Assembly: GCA_951406725.2 (NCBI GenBank)
Contig: OX597815.1
Span: forward strand, 89,466,001-89,530,000
Reading direction: 5' to 3'
Source of the DNA: Octopus vulgaris
Taxonomy: Eukaryota
DNA: 64,000 bases
In this document: positions 55,074-64,000 of the stretch, piece after piece
How positions within the stretch are numbered: the stretch's first letter is position 1
Layout of the letters: the number at the start of each line of letters is the position of its first letter
Program-made: the position numbers and the translations under genes
Notes under the pieces: model-generated
Told to the model about the DNA's origin: nothing
The model's database searches: none
Seen by the model: the letters and a program-made list of their open reading frames with translations, nothing else

Positions 55074-56112
55074 GTATCATTCTTAAACAAAACTATTCAC
55101 ACTGCTTTCGAAATATCGGCCAGTTAACCCACTGTAGGTTTGCAATGCATTGAAGTTAATCTGTAGTCTCTGTTGTGATGATATTTTCAACGGGTATACG
55201 AGTTTGAGCGGTTTGGTAATTAGTTGAGTTGTGATAGAGAGTTGTAATCATAACCCCAAATTATAGTGTAACCCTTCAGATTAATGTAAACTTCTCTTTA
55301 TCAAAAGTAAACATAGAAGCTAACGATACTACACACGTGAATACATATTTACCCTCAAATATAAAACTATGTTTTCTTCTTTTAACCATTATTCCTTCTG
55401 CGTATGAGTTTTCTTCATTACGGTACGAAAAATGCCATTATCCTAGCATAATATCTACAAATGCATGGGGGTATGTGATGGACGACAATAACTTCTTATG
55501 ACATTGTGTAAAAGACTTTTCAAGCGTGAATATGGATCTTATCCACTGATACAAAAAAATGATTGTATAAACATACAAAACATACACTCACTCAGACGCA
55601 CAAACAAACATAGACACAAAGACGCGAGCACGCACAATCATACTCACTTTCATAGAAAGGCCTTTATAGCGACAATTGTTTTAAAACAGTGTATTTTAGA
55701 CGTCATGTTTTAAATTATGTTTTCAGTGTTCCCTATCCAAAACAATGCAGTGGAAAAGAAAAACAAAAGCAAAACAAACAAGCACTCACACATTCACGTT
55801 CTACATACATATGCATATACAAACTAGCTATTAGATGCACTTATTAATAATTTCCACAGAATATCTTAAAATTAGTCGGTTAACTGAATATACGTATTTC
55901 CTCAAGATTGTTCCAGTACTTGAAGAAGCTTTACGAAATAGTTTTTTGAAATTATTTTTTAGTAATGTGTCGATGAAAGTGAGCATATTTGAAAGCACCA
56001 GCAATGCAGTTTTAAGTAACAAATAATTTATTCATTATCTTTTTTAAAGTTTCAAGCACGAATGTACTTTTATAAATGAAAATGTAAGAGAGACAGGAAA
56101 AACAAAGTGTGT

Positions 56113-56154
<42 letters not shown>

Positions 56155-56159
56155 TTTAT

Positions 56160-56382
56160 AATTAGGGTTCAGCAAAGATTTGCTTCACCACATACCGAAG
56201 TTTAGAAATAGCAGTCAAAAAATCTTAGCTATTCCTTCTTCTTTAAAAGGGGCTCCCAGGAAAACCAAAGTACTTGAAAACAATCCACGCAGGCAACCTT
56301 ACCATGAAATGGTCTTTTTCATGCCGAATTCTACTTGGTGAAATTACTGATTACTTCTTAATTAATTAATTTTACCCTTTGT

Positions 56383-56388
<6 letters not shown>
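56160..56388. mobile_element. Diverged family F fragment with internal inversion
   Basis: 56160-56297 is in one orientation (TTTAGAAATAGCAGTCAAA) and ~56315-56388 in the other (CATGCCGAA..CTACTTGGTGAAATT..TTACCC). (TA)n on both sides. Confidence 0.7.
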
Positions 56389-56440
<52 letters not shown>

Positions 56441-56797
56441 TACTTCAGCGTTCGCTATTTTACCCTCCTTCTGGTCTGACGACCCTCCATATTTGCTTTC
56501 GTTCGGTTTCCTTGTGTGTCTCCACTGTCCTGTTTTTATTCCCAAATTTGACCCGGCATAAATCCTAAATTTCATTTTGGTACTTATGAGAGAAACTGTG
56601 TCCGAAGACTCATATTGTCGTTCAATGCTCGAAATGAGGAGTAGAGAGGCAGCCGACAACTGATGAAGAGTCGTTCTTTATGTTACTTGTCGTGTTCTCC
56701 ATTTGTTTCTCTCGTTGTTTGCGTATTGAACTCATTTGTTTTCGTATTCCATGTTGTTTACTGTTGGTGACGTCCTGTACCCATATATACATATAAA

Positions 56798-56840
<43 letters not shown>

Positions 56841-56843
56841 CTA

Positions 56844-56886
<43 letters not shown>

Positions 56887-56953
56887 ATATATATATATGT
56901 GTGTGTGTGTGCATATATATATATATATATGTGTATATATATATATATAATAT

Positions 56954-57226
56954 ATATGAGAAGTGCGATATATATAAATATAAAGACAAGAATATATAAG
57001 GATATAAACGAAGCAGAAAATTTAAATTTTAACTAGTGAATAAGTAGTATCATAAGGACATATAATATATGGGTACCACATTCAATTGTTCATTAGATGA
57101 GATGAAATCTGAGGTATAAATATTACAAGGGGTGTAGAATCATTTATATCTAGTTCATTTGAAGTATGAAGAATACGAAAACCTATTTGAGTACTAAGAA
57201 GTAAAAGTTGAGGTGGTATGTATGTA

Positions 57227-57306
<80 letters not shown>

Positions 57307-57628
57307 CATACATACTCACCTCAACTTTTACTTCTTAGTACTCAAATAGGTTTTTCGTATTCTTCATACTTCAAATGAACTAGATATAAATGCACTTCTA
57401 CACCCCTTTGTAATATTTATACCTCAGATTTCATCTCATCTAATGAACAATTGAATGTGGTACCCATGAGCATTATTATATGTCCTTATGATACTAACTT
57501 ATTCACTAGTTAAAATTCAAATTTTCACCTGCTGTACAGTGTTGACCGATCCGTTACACTTTTACTATATTCTTGTCTTTATATTTATGTCTCTACACTC
57601 ATCAATGACTACCTCGCACTTCTCATAT
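56954..57628. repeat. Fold-back inverted duplication centred on a (TA)n tract
   Basis: ~57015-57228 is the reverse complement of ~57305-57527; homology continues outward with deletions in the left arm. Confidence 0.85.
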
Positions 57629-58692
57629 GATAATCCAACGATTTCTAAAATGAATTGGGTTTTAGTTCTATTCTGATAATTCCAGCCTAGATATATCTAT
57701 ATTTTTCGATAAATTTTAACTTTCAGTATCACGTATGTACTACATAACTTATATCACGACTTCCCTTTCTTGAATCTGACTCCTGCCGAAGCTGTCCATT
57801 CATTTATACAATTACTCAGTCTCCGTCACCGCTACAACAAACATGGGCTCCGTTGTAAATCAAGCAAATAACATTTTTTTTCTTTCCTGTTGTTACTTTC
57901 AAGATGTTGGTTACAATGTTTCTGCCTTGCAATGGGCTCAATCCACAGACGGAAGTGCTGCACTCATACTTTATAACGCACTCCGGAGAAGGCATTATTT
58001 GTTTTTCTCTTTTCACATTACATCCTGCTACTCGACGGCTTCAATATATTTTCCTTCGTAATTTTTACTCTGTTCAAGAAAGATACGACCTGAGACTGGC
58101 TCTTCTGTGGTTCGATTTCCATCATTGAAAAGAGATACAATTATATTTATCACGCATTCTGTTTAGTATATTTTTCATCTCAAGATACATTCAATAAGGC
58201 ATTTCTAAGTGTCCCAACTGCTATCTCTTCGTTTCCTTTTCATACATATATAGAGAATAAATACGCTAACTCCAAAATTTCCCAGCTCTATTACAAATCC
58301 CTACCAATCATAGTTTGCAAGCTAAACAGTATGCCATACTTCAACGACACCAGTTGGTGTTTGAAGGAAACGTGTCATTAGCATTGATCGCACGTTTATA
58401 ATAATGCTCAGAGAGGACTCAATACAACTGGCCAAATATCCTACCAGTAATCAATTTGTAGGGTAGGTTTGACTGGAATGTATGCTAAATGTAAAAGCCA
58501 AGTCTTTAATCTGTGAAACAGCATATCGACTTAACTTATCCTATATTTATTTGTAATAATTCATTCTCTCTCTCTCTCGCTCTCTCTTTATGTTCTCTAA
58601 TTACATTTTTGTGTCAGAAATATATAATTCTGTATGTCATTTCCATATCATGAGAAGCTCTACGTCTACACACGCGCACGCTCACGCACACA

Positions 58693-58771
<79 letters not shown>

Positions 58772-59609
58772 CGCACACATAATTCTAATACTATTACTTC
58801 ACATATTGCATATAATTTTAATATAAACTTACAATATCTCTCTCTCTCACACACATTCTCTCACTTTCACTGTCTTCCTTTTTATATTTCTCTCTCTCTC
58901 CACTCTCTCTCACTTTCACTCAATTTCTTACTTTCTCCCTCTCTCTCTCCGGTACATACTCAAACACGCGTCCATTGGGAAATGTAATTGTTGCTATTCG
59001 AAGTTTGAAATACTGATGTTGACTCATTATTTAGTATTATGTAAGACTTATTAGGAATTAGATAAACGTTACAGTATGTGTGGTAAATTCTCTTATGTAA
59101 TGGCAATGATGTTTATTGAAATGTAATTAATGTACACGTGTTAGTCATTTTTCAATGAAACTGTTATTTTGTAGTGTCACAATAAGGAAAAGGAGGATTT
59201 GTTTCATAGAGTAAATTTCAAACATATGAACATTCTCTTTCGCTCAGTCAGTTTTAATAATTTCATTTATTATTTGTCAATTCGTAGTATTTAATTGAGC
59301 TCCAACGTACCAATAGTAATCATAGTGTGTGTTTTGCGATGGCTGTTCATTATATGATATTTGTATTGGTATTTGCATTGAAATCGATTTTATAAAGTAA
59401 TCATTTTATATAAATATATTGCAATTTAGAAGTTGACAGTTTATATAAATAATTCACAATTTAATATTTGACAATATCGGAAATTAAAGTTAGGAAGTTA
59501 GAGGGTAATAAATTAAGATTAAAATTTAAATGGTTGTAACAACTATATGATCATGTGAAGTGCGCATTCAAGATAGAAATATAAGAATATTGGTATAATT
59601 AATTTTTTA

Positions 59610-60065
59610 TTTTGGCACAGTGCCAGCTATTTTCCTGGGTGTTTGTTAGTCGATTTCATCGTCCCCAGTGCTTAACATGTACTTTATTTTATCAATAATA
59701 AAAGGATGAATAGTTAAGTTGAACTCAATGGAATTTGAACATCCAATGTAAAGAACAAAATCAAGTGCAAATATTTTGCCCAACATTCTAACGAGTCATT
59801 CAGTTTTCAGCGTTAGTATACGTTAATAAAATCTATATTTTATTGATATGGCTAATAATAGCCGTTAATTTAGGTACAAAACAAACAGCCTTGCGGGGAG
59901 GCGTTCATTAATGGGACGCCAATACTTGAATGGTTATTATTTTAGCGACAAAGAAAAGATGGGAATGAATTTTGGCTTCGACGAAATTTGAACTCGAACT
60001 GTAAAGCGTCGTAACTGCGTAATGTGAAGCTTCTTTCCCGACTGGTCAACAGTACTACAGCTCCT
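59610..60065 (-). mobile_element. Two old, degraded S1 SINE copies
   Basis: GGCACA..,CCCCAGT..GTACTTTATTTTATC.., GGAATTTGAAC and GAAATTTGAACTC remnants. Confidence 0.5.
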
Positions 60066-60078
60066 CCGTCATTGATAT

Positions 60079-60280
60079 TTTTTCTACTCTAGGCACAAGG
60101 ACCGAAATTTTTGAAGAAAGGGGCCAGTCGATTAGATCGTCTCTAGTACGCAATTGGTACTTAATTTATCGACCATGAAAGGCAAAGTCGACCTCGGCTT
60201 TTGAAATCAGAACTTAAAGACATACGAAATACAGCAAAGCATTTCGCCCGGCGTGCTAACGTTTCTGCCAGCTCGCCGCC
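60079..60280 (-). mobile_element. tRNA-derived SINE (S1) with TSD
   Basis: Minus head GGCGGCGAGCTGGCAGAAACGTTAGCACGCCGGGCG; flanking TCCGTCATT(G/A)ATATT duplication. Confidence 0.85.
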
Positions 60281-60939
60281 TTTCCGTCATTAATATTCGT
60301 CAAAACGAAATTTAAACAGTATAAAAATAGAGAAGGTGAAGTTTTCTATCAGTCGCTCTAAGGTTTGTGCCGATTCGCTTCATCGGTAATGATATTCTTA
60401 AAGAATACATATAAGACCATAATGATTCATAAATATAAACTAAGTTGTAATGCACATATTTACACAAATTTGTGTATATACGAGACAGATATTCATACGT
60501 ATACATAAAGGTAAACAGATGTATATATTTATAAATAAATGATTAGTTTATATTTATGAATTATTATGGTCTTATATGTATTCCTTAAGAATGTTAATGA
60601 ATTTCGTGATATAAAATACATACTGATTACAAATAATGAAAACACACAATATTCATTAGATATGCATCAAGTAAAAAATTGGTTCAGGTGGTATTTTGCA
60701 TGAGGATCGCACATAAATTTTATCTCACAAAGTCGATGAGGGAGGATTGCAGTGTATAATGTAAGGAGGTGTCAGCATTTGTGTCAGGGTATGATATTGT
60801 TTACAGCGTTTAAATATATTGTCAGTTTTGCACCTCAAGTACGGCATGTTTTTTTTGTAAAAAGATCCGCAGACTTCATGGCGTAATACACATTATATCG
60901 TAGATTTGTTGTTGGACTTCATTTTACAATGTGTGTATA

Positions 60940-61004
<65 letters not shown>

Positions 61005-61010
<6 letters not shown>

Positions 61011-61296
61011 AAACAAGTCAAAATAGAAAATGCTAAAATAATTTTATAAAGAACATTTCAGTACCGGTTTCGGTCATTTTGAGACCTTTTCAACTGTAAC
61101 GATTAAGTAATTAAATTTAGAAAAATTAAAAGAAAAGTTTTTTTAAAGGAATATTTGTATAGTGTTCAAATATAAGTGGCATTCTGCCTTTCTCTGTCTC
61201 CCTTGTTTGCACTTGTGTGTTCGAGGCCGTTGTGAATTCTTGGTAGGGTAGAAGAAGAAGGTTGATGAGGAGAGGGGGTGGAAAAATTTGGGAGTA
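61005..61296 (-). mobile_element. Family B third copy, HHR at 61059-61096
   Basis: HHR identical to 1715-1752 while flanks carry substitutions; (TA)n at both ends. Confidence 0.75.
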
Positions 61297-61472
61297 TATA
61301 TATATATATATACGGCTGGCCGCCGACAGATTTTTCTGCAAAATATGGATAGTTTATCCTGTTCAGGCTATATTATTAGCATTATCCTGCGTTTGAGAAT
61401 AAAATTATTTCCTTATCTGTATCTTTCAATATATCTAAATGCTTCTAAAGTAAACTTTGTTGACTTCAACGT

Positions 61473-61513
<41 letters not shown>

Positions 61514-61868
61514 TCAAAAATATTTTAAGTGTGCTTTTTTCGGACTTACGTTCAAGTGAACGATAATTTAACTTAGATGAGTTAGATACGTTTCACCCAC
61601 AGATTGGTGTGTTTTGGGATAATTGTAAACAAAATACGACCTGTTGACGAAAAGAAATTGGGTTTCTGGGAATTTATATGCTGTGATCCTGAATTGTGAA
61701 TTGTGAATTCATCCATTCAACCTTGGATGCATTCTGAATCTAATGTTAAGATTATTCGTGCAACGTTGGTGATATAATCTGCACATTGTTGAAAATGATG
61801 TTCTGATGGCGGCGCTAGAGGAATAAAGATAAAAAACTTTAAGGTAATCTCAATAATCAAGATCAGTC

Positions 61869-61924
<56 letters not shown>

Positions 61925-63238
61925 ACATATGTTTGCGTATGAATGTGTATGCATATATTTTGTATTATCAAAGGCAAAATGTCTTTCCTTTATAAGGTAC
62001 TTCTAATCTGTTGTTAAACTATTTTGTGTTTGCGTATGTGTGTGAGAGTCTCAGTATGTATGAGTGCATGTGTGTATAAGCATAAATATATTTCTCGCAC
62101 TGAGTTATCATACTAATTGAAAGATTACCTGTTTCGTACTGTATACTAAAAAACATAAATCTCATTTCCGTTCGGTAATACAGTCATTGCCTACAGTACT
62201 AGCTAAATTACTTCCTAACCATCTGAGAAATATACACAAATTTACGGAACTTATCATTCTTGGTCGAAGTTAACAGCCATATTTTAATCTCCATATCACT
62301 TAGCCTAATGTATTTTCGAAATAGGGGATTATTTTGTATATTAATATAATCTTAAGCAATCTCACATAGGATATATGAAACTGTAATCCAGTAACTATCT
62401 AAAAATCATGATTTTAAGTTTCAGAGGTCTCCTTGTAAAGCCGCATAGATATATTCATTCTAACAATATAATTCAAAAAGGTCGTTGCTGTTATGTTGAA
62501 GCAGTATCTTTGACAGATCTATGTTAGATCACAAGACTATTAAAACTCTACAGAATTACGGAAATGTTATTGCGGTTTCGCTGATTTTAATCCGAATGGT
62601 AAGTTTTGAGCTAAACGTCTTGAAGTTGTCACGGAATTTATCGATTTATGGATATGTAATCGTGGTAAGACTATTCCAGTAGCATTTTCTGGTCTGATAT
62701 GTTTAATGGTTATCGCAGTCCACAAATGTAGCGCGTATGGTAGTGAATAGTAAAGAGAACACTTTCATTGAATTTCCTGTCTAGCAAAGTGCTATTTTTA
62801 CTCTTAACTCGTTATCGTATAAGAATGGAGTAAAATGCATTTAACCCAGCAAGACTAATCGGTGAACGTCTTACTTTAAATTAATGAAAATTGGAATATC
62901 AATGCATTTAGAATGCATCCTTTTAAATACACATACACACACGTAGTTATATGCATGGGCTCGCGCATACGCGTGCACACAAGATTGCGAACACGCCACC
63001 AATATAAACCGTACACACCCATACGCACACATGCAAACATTTATACATATATACGTACGTCTGTGTGTGTATACACAAGTGTATGCATATACAAGTTTTG
63101 CGTGTATTACTGACTCGTCGTGTATGTGTGAATGGGTGTGTTGATGTCTGAGTGTGTTTGTGCGTGTGTTTGTGTGTGTACGTGCGTGTGTATGTACGTG
63201 TGCGCGCGTGTGTATGTATACACACATATATTGATATA

Positions 63239-63461
63239 CAGTAATACCTCGACTATCTCGGCTGTTGAGTTCCAAGCCCGCACCCCGTGAAAGGTGAGAA
63301 TCTGCGAAGTAGAAACAGTATTGTACTGTATATTTCTTATTATTTTTGTAATTTGTATATATCTATTTTATTATAAATGCAAAAGAACACCACGGAGGAA
63401 TCAACGTAAGCTTAAATAGTAAACTATTGTAGCTGAACCGCGATATGCTGAGAGATTGTCG
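63239..63461. mobile_element. Tigger/pogo-like MITE
   Basis: TA-CAGTAATACCTCGACTATCTCGG and a degenerate right end CCGCGATATGCTGAGAGATTGTCG-TA. Confidence 0.4.
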
Positions 63462-63609
63462 TATATGGTAATGAAACCAGATATGTACAAGTACTTTATA
63501 AAAAGACATTGAAGGCTTCACTAGGTAGTACATAAAACAAAGGATGTAAGTTCTTTCCCGACCCATAAGTTCTTAAGGCCGATTTCACAGATTTTGTGGC
63601 CTCTCTGTT

Positions 63610-64000
63610 TTACACTTTTACCCTTTTACTTGTTTCAGTCATTTGACTGCGGCCATGCTGGAGCACCGCATTTATTCGAGCAAATCGACCCCAGGAATTA
63701 TTCTTTGGAAGACTAGTAATTATTATATCGATCTCTTTTGCCGAACCGCTAAGTGACGGGGACGTAAACACACCAGCATCAGTTATCAAGTGATGTTAGG
63801 GGTACAGACACACAAACATACATCACACACACACGCATATATATATATATGTATATATATACACATATACGACGGGCTTCTTTCAGTTTCTGTCTACTAA
63901 ATCCACTCACAAGGCTTTGGTCGGCCCGAACCTATAGTAGAAGACACTTGCCCAAGGTGCCATGCAAGGGATATTACTAAGAGACCACATTTGAAATGAG
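63610..64000 (-). mobile_element. SINE family S2, head running to the window edge
   Basis: Tail matches 16981-17200; body has CACTTGCCCAAGG and TTTCAGTTTC.GTCTAC. Confidence 0.82.

Noticed and set aside
56470-56680. CTGACGA, CCGAAGA and CTGATGA motifs in a TA-flanked repeat
   Set aside because: Probably a Penelope-type terminus, but no complete core plus three stems could be assembled.
61320-61480. Possible Penelope GIY-YIG C-terminal relic (LEAF..SLNR) upstream of family B
   Set aside because: The two short motifs are separated by stop codons; too weak.

Overview
AT-rich, repeat-saturated eukaryotic non-coding DNA with dense (TA)n, (CA)n and (AAT)n microsatellites. The SINE and repeat repertoire resembles cephalopod (Octopus-like) genomes; this taxon guess is inference. 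I find no credible host gene exon, and nearly all ORF-track entries are microsatellite translations. Recognisable elements: a young, nearly intact 5'-truncated CR1-type LINE (1965-5438; CCCH-finger ORF1 tail, APE+RT ORF2, 7-bp TSD); an older relative; a Tx1/L1 fragment; two restriction-like-endonuclease LINE ends; three mariner relics; a Chapaev3-like relic; MITE-like foldbacks; many tRNA-derived SINEs. The main signal is about 15 intact or decayed type I hammerhead-ribozyme motifs in about 7 non-coding repeat families. Nearly all abut (TA)n tracts. Two families appear as more-than-monomer or circularly permuted copies (about 475 nt and 583-596 nt units), often with inverted arms. This fits Penelope-associated retrozyme-like elements that may move via self-cleaved circular RNA and prime at TA microsatellites. 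All folds were read by eye and activity is untested.
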